From assembly GCA_001949185.1 (NCBI GenBank), contig BDGG01000002.1, positions 6,376,448 to 6,440,447 on the forward strand: 64,000 nucleotides of DNA. Direction: 5' to 3'. The DNA is from Ramazzottius varieornatus (lineage: Eukaryota > Animalia > Tardigrada). Below are positions 36,463 through 47,031 of this stretch, one piece after another (position 1 is the first letter of the stretch; every line of letters starts with the position of its first letter). Both the position numbers and the translations under genes were made by a program. The notes beneath the pieces are model-generated. The model did not search any database, had not been told where the DNA came from, and worked only from the letters and a program-made list of their open reading frames with translations.

Positions 36463-38752
36463 TATTACCGTCGGGCAACGAGAAATGGAAAACTTTTGCG
36501 CTCATCATAATCGGATGCGCCGCTGGCTGGAGCTTGACTTCAGTCATAATTGATGTCGGGATGGTACAATAATTATGATACCCAATAAGGAAAAGCATTC
36601 TTCGCCACATAGCTCCTTACTCATCGACGCGACACTAGCCAGGCTTTTCCATCAGCGATAATGACTGAAATAATGAGAGAACTTTCTGGTTCTTGAACTT
36701 CTTTTGAGTAACCTACGATGATTCGAAACCGACACCCAAATTCTTGTACGGGTACGGGTACGGGTACCATAAGCTTCCTATATGTTGCGACTTGAGTCTT
36801 CATTGCAAGATTAACCTCGATGACCCGGCGGAACTGCCTTGATAAAAATAGATGACCGTGACAATCCAGGGTTGCCTTTCGACTCTGGTCTGGCCGCCAT
36901 GTCGCATGCGCGCTCAGATGCAATTAATCAAATTGGTTTCCGACAGCGATATTTCGGGTATACATAGCCATGTTCATTACATGCAGTGGCTGTTGGCAAA
37001 CATTCAAACTTTCGGTGCCTCGTAACAACTTTTCATCGGGAACTGCGGAAGGCGGAGCTGAAGTTCCGCAGGGCGAACTGTGAAAGCCGAAGAGCTACCT
37101 TCCCCGATACCCTATTCTTTCTTCTTTCGAAATTCGGTGGAGATCTCGTTCGACCTGATATATTAGCCAGAGCCAAATCTGCGTCTTTCATCTGCAAGAA
37201 AACCCTGCTGAACTTCAGAGAACCGCGGACAACACCATTCACCTCACTCCCAGTCGACCGCTCGCGGGAAACCGTTTACGATATGGAAGCAGAAGGAAGG
37301 TCCTTGATCATGAACTACATCATTATTATCCTTTTACTCATCGTCATGTGGGGGCTGTTTTTTGGGGTAAGCGAGACATTAATACTGTTAAGAATTCACT
37401 TTAACACCGTTGCGAATTTATTTTGCACTGTATAGTGTATGCTGTTTCATGTGGTACCGTACTCCAATTGTGGTTCAATTTTACAGCCGTCCTACTTCTG
37501 ACAGTCTGGATCAATAGATACAGCACAATGTCCTTCGGATGCCCCGGTTCGTTGATGCCGAGGGAACAACTCACCGACCGTACCTGGCTCGAGGATCGCA
37601 GATCTGCACGGCTTTCCCACTTTGCAGTGATGCGTGGAAGTACCATGCTCCATGAGTGTGTGCTGACACGATATTTTCCTCCAAGATTCCGAGAAAGGCG
37701 TCGGGTTCTAAACTCCGAGGCGACCCGGGTTTCCACATATTGCAGAAACATCTGTTTTGAATAATGTATAAGATTAGCACGCATATGCAAATTTAGCACA
37801 TAAGTTATTGAAATGTAATACAACGCATGATTTTTACTTATATTTTTTGCTACTTGATATCACAGTGTTCGCGACACGTAAAAGTATCGAAAGTGATGAA
37901 GTGATGGCTAGCACACACCGGCTTTGGGCTCCGTAGATACTGTACTCGTACGTACGAGGTAAAACTAGCGGAGTTGTCCATGCGAAATGGCATGGGGGAG
38001 TTGTCCACTCTAGATCTCATCATCCGATGATCAGGTCTCGGCATGTTTTAATTTATCTGATAGGAAAAAACGTTCATCTATTTGTCAACCATAGTATACA
38101 CGAAAAAGAGCGGATTTGTTGAGAGACATCCCCTGGGAAGAGGGACGGTCGACGTAATGCTAAAAAGCCTACTTTTACAAAATCAGCTGATTTTAATCAA
38201 TCAAGTTACGTTACACATACATGTGTAGACTTTTGAGGGTAGACAACTCCACCATGAGATTTTGCATTGAACAATTCCGCTAGTTTTAGCTCGTACTGTA
38301 GAAGCTGACCCATGACCAGACCTATGGTCGGTCTGGCTAAATCGCCTTTTCGTGTTTCTTTCAATCCCCAGCTCACAAGGAATGAGCTGGGACCTGTCAG
38401 CGATAGAAGAGGCAAACTTCCGGTTCCTTGGCGCACTTGAACAGTGATGGACATAGTCGAGCTTGTAGTGACTTGGACTGCAGGGCAGCTACCGTCATTC
38501 TGACAGGGAGCGCTTTAACTGGTTGGTCAGAACTGCTGCTGATTGGTCAGGCTCCACCTACTTTCAGTTTTGTTGATAGCCTACAACAGTAGAATCCCGC
38601 GTAGGGACGGCAGCACGTGTGTTTACTGTTTTGCACCCCTACGTGCTTCCAGCTTTCAGTCACGGATCTTCCCATTCTCTACCTGACGCTTTACCCTTCC
38701 TTTCTCTTTCTCGTCTGCCCACACAATGCTGTCAGAAACAGGAAGTGAGGAC

Positions 38753-38828
38753 TCGGATGTGGCTTCGGTTGTGGCTTCGGATGCGGCTTCAGATGCGGCT
38801 TCAGATGCGGCTTCAGATGCGGCTTCGG
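38753..38828. repeat. 12-bp tandem repeat (tc(a/g)gatgcggct) x ~6, reading EAAS repeats on the minus strand
   Basis: Directly visible tandem array. Confidence 0.9.
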
Positions 38829-38863
38829 TGAAATTGAAGTAGCGTGCCGGTAGCACTGCTCGT

Positions 38864-39502
38864 TCAACATCCAGAATTGTCCGTAGCAACAGCTTTGGCG
38901 TGATCATACAGGATTTTGCGTAGTGGCTCTTCGGATATGATGTACAGTGCTTCTTTCTGGGAGCCATCCCGTGGTATCAGAAATTGAAGACTCCCTTGGT
39001 TCACGCACTCAAACAGGGACTCGCTGTGACTACACCCTGCCGACGCTCCTGCCAAGAATGAGTGGCGGAATAGACGATCCTTCTGCTTTGGGCATAGCCG
39101 TCTAGCTTGAGTCTCGGCTCCTTGGATTAGTCTTTCCGGCTCCAGCAGAAGGAACAGGCAAGCTCGGACGCGATATTTCTTATGGAACCCAGGATCACCG
39201 TTGATGGCAAGACTAGTAGAGTAGAAGAAACAGTTTCCGTCACCCCTTACGTAGAGTACTTCGGCCGTTTTCAGACTCGGATAAGCCCCTTTGCGAAAGG
39301 TATTTGTTTCCGCTGTAGAAAGCTCCACCGGAGAAGATAACTTGAGCTTGAGAAGTGATTCCACAGTATAGCCTAGATCCTCCATCTTGTTCGACACTTC
39401 CACTGCCACGTTGAGGAAAGTTGTCTCCGCATCATTCGAAGCTCCATCGAGCTTCTTGAGAGCTTCGGCAAAGAACGCATGTCTGCCAACCACACAATCC
39501 AT
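38864..39502 (-). pseudogene. OTU/vertnin-like cysteine protease ORF (~212 aa, probably truncated) inside the TIR element
   Basis: Motif LYVRGDGNCFFYSTSLAING....HKKYRVRACLFL resembles the OTU catalytic Cys box (GDGNCLF.A.S) and the vertnin-type H.ELR.R helix. The ORF stops at GC* before any His box. Confidence 0.65.
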
Positions 39503-39873
39503 GTTCGGAATTGTAAAAGTACGCAAAGCCGTTGGAAAAACGCGAATTGCTGTTTCCGTTCAAACAAGAGCATATGCTGCTGTTGCAGTCGACTCGTGGA
39601 TGTCGGTTGACTCGGAGTGGAGATCGCAGGAGGCGTGTCCGTCCAATCAGCAGCAGCCAATCAGCCTGCTCGACTGTCAGAATGACGGTAGCTGCAATCC
39701 AAGTCACTACAGAGCTCATGGTTGATCTGGAATTCAGCAACCTATGCCAATCAATCAATTCTTATGCCAATCAATGGAAGCTTCGAAATGGTTGTCTGTG
39801 ATCGCAATCTCATGAATAAAGAATACACCAATTTTCACAATTCAATTTTGTTTTTGTTGTTAGCAAGTGACGG

Positions 39874-42800
39874 TAGCGGTGGACGGATGATTATCTCAGC
39901 CTAATATCGAGCTTTTCTCGGCTGTCACGTACAACCTATCATGGACGATTAGAGCACCGAATTTTATCATTAATGCGCAGATTCCACCCTCCTGAAGTAG
40001 AGGTGGGTGTTCAAACGATATTCGAAAGGATGTTTTCCAGATGGAAAATCTTGATTGACTGATTGCCGTTTCTGAGTTAGTTTGTACTCTGTGATCTTGC
40101 GTCGTTCCGTGTTTTGAATAATTCGCTGAGAAAATCATGCGTCCAGGTCTAAGGTTGTAAATTCCTAATTCCATTCCTTTCCAAATTCCGTTCCATTCCT
40201 GGAATTCCTTTCCGTTCCATGCCGCGAGGATTTGGAACGATGGAATTCCAGATTGAGCTGGAAAATCACACGTGGAATTCCTAGTTTTCTATAGGAATTC
40301 CATCTTAGACTGTAACGGAACCGAAATTAATGGTTTCACCGGTGTATATAGCCTGGAGACAACTCTCGATGGGTTTCAGCAGACGTACCGAACGCAACCG
40401 AAGGGTGCCCGTATGACACAGCTGTTACCCCAGGGGGTACTGTGTGGCGTTCTCGCGCTGAAAAATTTCTTTTCCATAGAACGTTTTCTTCCAGCCTTCT
40501 AGTTCCTTCCGCAGCAATATTATAGTGCTATGGATCCTTCGGACGACGAGTTACCACTCCCAGAACCCGGACTGCAGAGGAGAACGCTGGCCAGTAGGCT
40601 GGACGTTTGGGAACATTTCGAGCGCGGCGAGGGGAAATTACAAGAAAACGAATCATCGCTTCGCGACGTGCAAGTTCTGCGTAAAGGCCAGCGTCAAAGT
40701 CCTGAAGCTACGTGGAGAACGGTCTTACCTTGTCAAGCACGTGCAAGGATGTTTTCATGTACCGCAGCCTGTCAAAACCTTATAAAGCTCTGGACACTGA
40801 ACAACCTTCGTCCGGGAAAAGAGCAGCTGAAGGCAAGGCTGAAACCCCCGACCACGCAAGGAAGCCTTATGGGTTTTGTCGACCGTCCTCTCACGACTTC
40901 CGAAAAGTGCCAGTTCGAAACACTACTTGCCAGTGCCTTCCTCGACTGTAATATGTCATTCAGGTAAAAGCTTAAGCGATGTGGTTCTTAGATTACGCTC
41001 GATATTTATGTAAAATGAGACTAATTTTTGTTGGTTCCCGTACTACAGATCTGTTGGAAATGAATCGTTCGTGGAACTCATTAAATTTTTCCGAACAAGT
41101 GTCAAGCTTCCGAACCGTATTACTTTCTTCCAACGGATAGTCAAGGACAGAATATCGAGAGCTGTTTCCAACATCGACACAGTATTCAGTAGGCAGCCAA
41201 CTGTGACGTTAACCTTCGTTAGCTTCAAGAACGTATACAAGAATAAGCTGCTCGGTAAGACGCTAAAACTTATGTAGAACTTCTACGCAAGTTTTTATTA
41301 CGTTTTTATTCTGTTAATATTGCGCGTTTCGCTGCAGGTTCTGTCGCCGTCATCCGTACAGGAAATGGCACCGAGAACCACATCTTTGGCGAGAATATTA
41401 CAGACGTTAGTTATACGGGCGACTAAATCATTGAGCAAGTTGAAAGTGCTCTGGCGATCATGAGGACCAAGCACAACGGAACAATCCAAGCGGTGACATT
41501 TAATTCAGACGGGGCTCATCGCAAAGCCAGAATTGACCTGGAGAAGCTTCATTCGGAAATTATCTCTTCCGTGCAGTGCCCATCAGATCAATCTGACATT
41601 CCTAGAGGGCTTCAAGCTCCTTCCGAAGTTCTCTGCCATCTGTAATTGTGCTCTTTCAATCATCAGTTGGTCATTAGGAAGACTCTTCAAGCTGCAAGAA
41701 GTTTGGTACAGTAAAACTATCTCACTCACAAAAATTACTCACACACGATGATATTCGTATTACTCCAGTGTCCTCAACGTACAGAAGTCATCCATGGCAC
41801 TACAGGTAATTCGCGGCTTACTATTCTATATGGCGATGTAATTGTCTCTGATGGGTAATACCCTACTGTATGGGTTTCTGGTTTTAGAGTTACGCAGTCA
41901 AGTTCGGAGACAACGAGGACTACCTTCCCGGAGACACAAAGGCTGCTATTGAAGCAGCAAGTTCTGGGATTCCCTGAAAGACGTGCTGGCTCTTCTGCGT
42001 CCACTAGTCGATGCCCAGGCAAAAGCAGAAAGTGACGACTGTACATTGGCTGAGATTAGTGTCTGGCCGACATCTACAGTTCCTTCGAGCACTCTGTGAC
42101 AAGCGAACGCTCCATCCTGCTTGAGAAGCTGGAACGACGCTGGGTTTGCGAACCCGAAATAATGGTGGTAGCAATGTTTTTGCATCCCCACGTCAAGCTC
42201 ACCAAATTTCGGGTATATGATTCTAGGTCTTTTCAATACCATCAGTCTGTGACCAGCCAACTCGCTACTCAGTATGATCAGATGTTATCACTGCGGCCAC
42301 GATGACTCTCACTCGGGCATCATTTACTGTTCACGTGGCTGAGTGCGAGATGATTCGGTAGCACTACGGCAGTCTCCACGCTGATCCGTCAAAAGTTCAC
42401 AACGGTGTGATTGGGACGTGGTGTACAGACTTGTACAAGAGCTCCTTCAAGAGAGACTCCAAGTCGCTCCTGCCTTCCCTTCTCCAGTACGCAGACAACA
42501 CAAACATGTTCAAAGAACGCTAGACTTTCCAGCTTAAGAACGCTCTCGACTTTTGGTCTTACGTCCGAACCGAACATACTGAGCTTTCAGACTTGGCAAC
42601 ACTGCTCCTTGAAGTATCCCCACACGCTGCTGGAGTAGAAAGATTAGAAAGTCGCATGAAGGGTGTGCATACAGATGCACGCAATCTGCTGAAGGTCGAC
42701 CTGGTAACAGGAATATGTGCCGTAAAGATGCAGCTCCAGGATGAACGGAAGAAAAAAGCAATTCGTGGTAAAAGCGAGGTTACTTGAAGAGTGTAACACT

Positions 42801-43395
42801 CATGTTTATTTCATCCAAAAACCGAGTTTCACCTAAGTGACGAAAAATTCAATACAATAAAACTGTGCATGACTGTTACGATCTTCAAGTGATCATCGCT
42901 TTTACCTTGTTTGCAAAGCAAACGAGAAAGCCAAGCCCAAGGACGATGTGCTGGACGTCATTCAGACCGCAGGCCTTGTCGCAGAACCCACGCCTTCAGT
43001 GGATTCACATGTAGCAGCCCTCGCCGTCGAGCTCGATAAGTTCATGCCCGAGCTACTGGAGACGCAGAAGTTGACGCAGATGATGTCGAAGAGGTAGCAA
43101 TGGTAGAGGTTTCGCCTGGTTTCCGTACTCTGAAACACTTGTTCGGTTATACGGTTACAGTTTAGTTTTTATTGTTAGATCTGTTCAGCTCTAGATCTGT
43201 AATTGATGATCTCGCAGTGTATTTTGTTGTCTGCATGGTTCCATATCTATATGTGATGAAAACTGGCGTTCTCGGAATTTCTAGATTTGGCCCTTGGAAA
43301 AGGAAAGTAGGAATATAGGAATATTAAGAATTCCTTTCCTGTTTTCCATCCCAAGGACCTTTGACTAGGAATTTACAACCTCACGTCCACCGCTG
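39874..43395. mobile_element. hAT MITE (same family as 23743-24021), interrupted in its right TIR by a larger hAT
   Basis: Left TIR tagcggtggacggatgattatctca; right TIR split into tgagaaaatcatgcgtcca (to 40145) and cgtccaccgctg (43384-43395); perfect 8-bp TSD agtgacgg at 39866-39873 and 43396-43403; ~278 bp once the insert is removed. Confidence 0.88.
40150..43383 (+). mobile_element. Decayed autonomous-type hAT DNA transposon (BED finger + transposase + hAT dimerisation domain; frameshifted)
   Basis: 19-bp TIRs taaggttgtaaattcctaa / ctaggaatttacaacctca; ggaattcc-rich subterminal repeats; fragments VWEHF...ATCKFC...LVKHVQGC (BED finger), LPCSAHQINL (CxxH), THTR* (TRW position), LATLLLEVSPHAAGVER...HTDARNLL (dimerisation domain); intron-like gaps retained. 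Confidence 0.88.
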
Positions 43396-43442
43396 AGTGA
43401 CGGAATAGCAATTAGCAACTTAGCAAAATGGCAGTTACTAGT

Positions 43443-44085
43443 CTGGTGCTGGGATAAATTTGATATATCGTATCTTATCGAAATATCTCACATCACAGTG
43501 ATTCAATATGAGAAAAATATCATATCGAAACATCGATATGGACGGAATATCGCTAAGCGGACTATGATAAATGAAAATATTATATCGCGGTATGTCGATA
43601 TATTTCTTATATATCGATATATCGCAAACCTGCACTTGAGAATCGGAACTTCGGAAGTCAATACTCCGGTTCGGTGCCGCGAAGGCAGCGCAGCCTCGTC
43701 CGTAATATATCGCGCACATGCATCCAAGCTGACTTTGGAAAAGTGAACAGTCAGCGTACCTGGGTGCTTAACGACAGACCTTGATAGGTTGAGCAACGAA
43801 CACACTCGCGTACACGAAGACATCTGACTTTTGTTCTGACTCGAACGTAGGGAACGACAGCCGTTCGGTTTCTCTTTAGCTCTTTCTTTATTTCGGTAGT
43901 TTTCAACATGGTACTGGCTTGATACATCGATATATCACTGCAATAAGATTCGATATATCAACAATAAAATACCAGAAACGTATCATATCGAATTATCGAT
44001 ACGTGGTTGATATCTAAAATGAAATATAAAAGATATTTATCAGAAAATATCATGTCGTATTTTATCGTATTTATCCCAGCACTAG
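43443..44085. mobile_element. hAT-like MITE (~640 bp) with atatcg-rich subterminal repeats
   Basis: TIR ct(g/a)gtgctgggataaat at both ends; degenerate 8-bp flanks ttactagt / tcactact (6/8). Confidence 0.78.
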
Positions 44086-44399
44086 TCACTACTTTAAAGT
44101 GCCAATGATATGGGACAGGTTTGGGTCCTAGTCAGCGTAAAACAACCCCCGGTCGCGGTCTTTTCTGACTGAGGCTGGCAGCCGGAAACAGCTGATCACT
44201 CATTTACGGTGCTTTCTCGGCCGGGTGTCAGCGAGAGAACTCGATTTCTATCCAGCTGAGATAACAAAGTTTCATTTTCTCTTGCGCTTCTCCTTTGTTG
44301 CTCTGTCCCATATCATTGGCACTTTAAAGTAACTCTCTGGCAAGGTTGTCGTTTCTGCCAGCTTGCCTCTTTTTGTTTTTCGCCGTTTTCCTTCCCGCA

Positions 44400-46673
44400 A
44401 TGCCGCCAAAGAAGAGTCGATTTGCGACGAAGACGAAGGTGTCCGAGGATCAGCATGGTTCTGCCGCCGAGGCGGCGGCCGTTGCGGAAAGCAGCAACGA
44501 CACCATCGCATCAGCTTCCGCCGCAGTTAGCCACGCTTCCGCCTGGAGTCACCTGGACTGGAAGCCCGTGCATCGCTTACCTTCTGCATTCGCCGGATCT
44601 CATGCCACCATCCTACTACCCTTCTCCGATGTTGGCGAGAAAGAACTGCCGGAAGTACTGGGTTGCTTCGGTGGAGTGGCCAAAGTCGCTTCCGTCATCA
44701 AGAATTCTTACAACTCAAAGCGCAAGCTCACTTTCAATATCCAGCCACCAGATTCACTCAAGAACACTCTTCAATTGTCTAACCCGCTCGGCAGTTCACC
44801 TACCTCGAACTCCTTCGTTCTTCAGTTCACCTTGAAGCCACTAGAGGAGGCCCAAGAAGATAACCGTAGACGTACCCGAAGTCAACTGTCCGCTGTCCAG
44901 CGCGCACTCGTTGTTAAGGCAAATCCGTTGGCTCCCATCGTCACCGATGTAACGTTCCTCCACTATGTCCAGACCACGTTCGAGTTCAACCAGTTGTTTG
45001 ACTATGCCATGTGTCCCGCCATTGTGGAGAACCGAAGAGAGATTAAGCCTGAGAGCGTCCAAATGACTGACATCGTTCCTTACATCCTTCCGTCATTTCC
45101 GCCTGCTGAACTGCCCGATAACGCTGACCCACAAGATTACCTGTACCTCCCGACTCTCAAATTTACGAACCAAAGTTCTTTTGCTGGTTAGTAACTGTCC
45201 TGATTTAAACTACAGGTTCAAGTCACCCATGAGTCATTCTGAAGCTTGGCAAACAAACTGCAGAAGATTGTTTTATTTAGGTGGCGCACGCTCTGGGTGT
45301 TGTTGGCCGAGATCGTGCGCCACTTGGGAGAAACTATATTTATTTTAATAAAATTCATTTCATTCGAGAAATTGCGATCTGACTTGGAACAAGATATTAT
45401 ATTCAGTTTTTCACTCATGTGGTATTGTTGCAGGAAACGAATACATTCCTTCGATCTACACCGACACTCTCGCAGCTCATGAGACCACTGTCAAGCGTAT
45501 CCGGAAGAACTTCGCCCGTGTAGTGAAGTGGACAGTGGGAGAGAGGCCTCCATATGTCCCCATAGAAGCCTTCCCGGAAGCCAGAAAGAACCTCGAAGAC
45601 AGAGTACTACAAGACCACCCAGAGTTCTTCGAGACAGCACGCAATCTGTTTCACGAACGGCCTCTGTGGCTGCGGCACGACTTCTACGAAGCTTTACATA
45701 TTGCCCATCCAGGACTGCTGCGAGAACATCGTCGGTATGTACTTCCGGTCGTAGCGTTTCGTTATAGCAATGGTCCATGGCGCAAGATGTGGTGCCGAAT
45801 GGGCTTCGATCCTTCCACGGACCCGAAGATGCGCGAACATCAAGTTGTCGACTTTCGCATTCATCAGCAAACTATCCAGAGGAAAAGAACATCGAACTTG
45901 AAGGCGAAACCGCTCAAAAACCGAGAACGTGAGAAGCTACTGCAGACTGTGGTCGACCGTCTTAGCAAAGCAGGTAAGTTAGATCAATGTTTTTTCGACG
46001 AAAGTTTTGCCGACGAATTAGCAGGTAGATCAAAGTTTCCCTGACGACTGAAATGAATCTTAGGCAGTAGACATATCTTATGCGGAAAACACTTCCAATA
46101 TAGCTAAGACGTGGGTAAATGAATTGAACAAGACCGTTTCCCAAAGTGGCGCATAGTTCAGCCGGTAGCAATGGAAACGTGCGCCACTTGGGATAACAAT
46201 CTGGTTCAGTTCATCTTCCCACGTTCTAATTCAAATTGTATTTTTGGTTGTTTTCAGGTATGACGAAGGGTCTCCAGTTCATCCTGCCGATAAGCAAGCT
46301 ATCTGGTGTTCCGGAGATAGCGAAGATTCTTGCTTCGAGAAGCTACATAAAGAACGAATGTGACATGAAGGAGGGATTCTACAAGGAAGGAACGACGGAG
46401 GAAATTCGCTTTGAACTCATCAAAGCGATCGAACGTGAAGATCCCGGACTTCTGGTCTTCTCGGACCTAGTTCGTGACTTGCAGAAAGGCGGTTTTTACT
46501 CTAATATCGAGATAACTTCCATAGCGGTAGACGAATCTGATGACGAAGACGACAACATGGCTGGGACTCGCGAGAACACGACTGCTGACGACGGGGACAT
46601 GGAAGTGGAGGAAGATAACGACCAAAGGATACGTGACGAAAGTTCCTTCGAACCTACTATGGACGATGCCTGA
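44400..46673 (+). CDS. GTF3C5: General transcription factor IIIC subunit 5 (Tau95/Sfc1 family), 3 exons
   Basis: N-terminal ...FGGVAKV...FEFNQLFDY; HTH region LFHERPLW...LPVVAFRYSNGPWRKMWCRMGFDPSTDPKMREHQVVDFR; CDMKEGFY; acidic tail. Confidence 0.9.
45248..45335. repeat. Intronic palindromic family, copy 5 (GTF3C5 intron 1)
   Basis: ggcaaacaaactg...aggtggcgcacg / cgtgcgccacttgggag. Confidence 0.7.
46109..46224. repeat. Intronic palindromic family, copy 6 (GTF3C5 intron 2)
   Basis: acgtgggtaaatgaattgaacaagaccgtttcccaaagtggcgca / tgcgccacttgggataacaatctggttcagttcatcttcccacgt. Confidence 0.8.
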
Positions 46674-47031
46674 AAGAGCGTGTAAGTGTCTCAAGCCTTT
46701 GCACAGACTAACGACAGTATTTTCCGTTCCGTCATGTTCCATGTTATTGCTAGACTCTGATACTTCAGTTCGCGATCTTGTTGGATTTTTTCGCTTTATC
46801 CCATTTGTTTATCTATCCTCAGCAAGGACGAGCCACAGTTAGGTTTTCGCCCCTTTCTGACGTGGAAGCTTAATGAATGTTTGTTACAAGGGCTTGAACG
46901 GAAGAGTTCCTTGACAACGTTGGGTCATAAGGGGAACATTGCGAGTGCTGCCGTCTTAATAACATGGTATTCGGATGAACTAAGTCGGATAACATAGCTG
47001 ATGAGAAGATTTAACGAAGATCAGTTTTGTG

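Larger units (their letters stand above)
38461..39716. mobile_element. Long-TIR (Mutator-like) non-autonomous element carrying an OTU-like ORF
   Basis: TIRs >100 bp: gcttgtagtgacttggactgcagggcagctaccgtcattctgacag...ctgctgctgattgg vs reverse complement of the right end gctctgtagtgacttggattgcagctaccgtcattctgacag...ctgctgctgattgg; flanking duplication catagtcga / catggttga (7/9). Confidence 0.8.

Noticed and set aside
38753-38828. Regular repeats resembling a CRISPR-like array
   Set aside because: Plain 12-bp tandem with no spacers, in eukaryotic DNA with no cas genes.
38656-38967. 103-aa ORF with EAAS repeats as an independent gene
   Set aside because: Overlaps the OTU ORF out of frame inside the transposon; better explained as a frameshifted remnant plus a tandem repeat.
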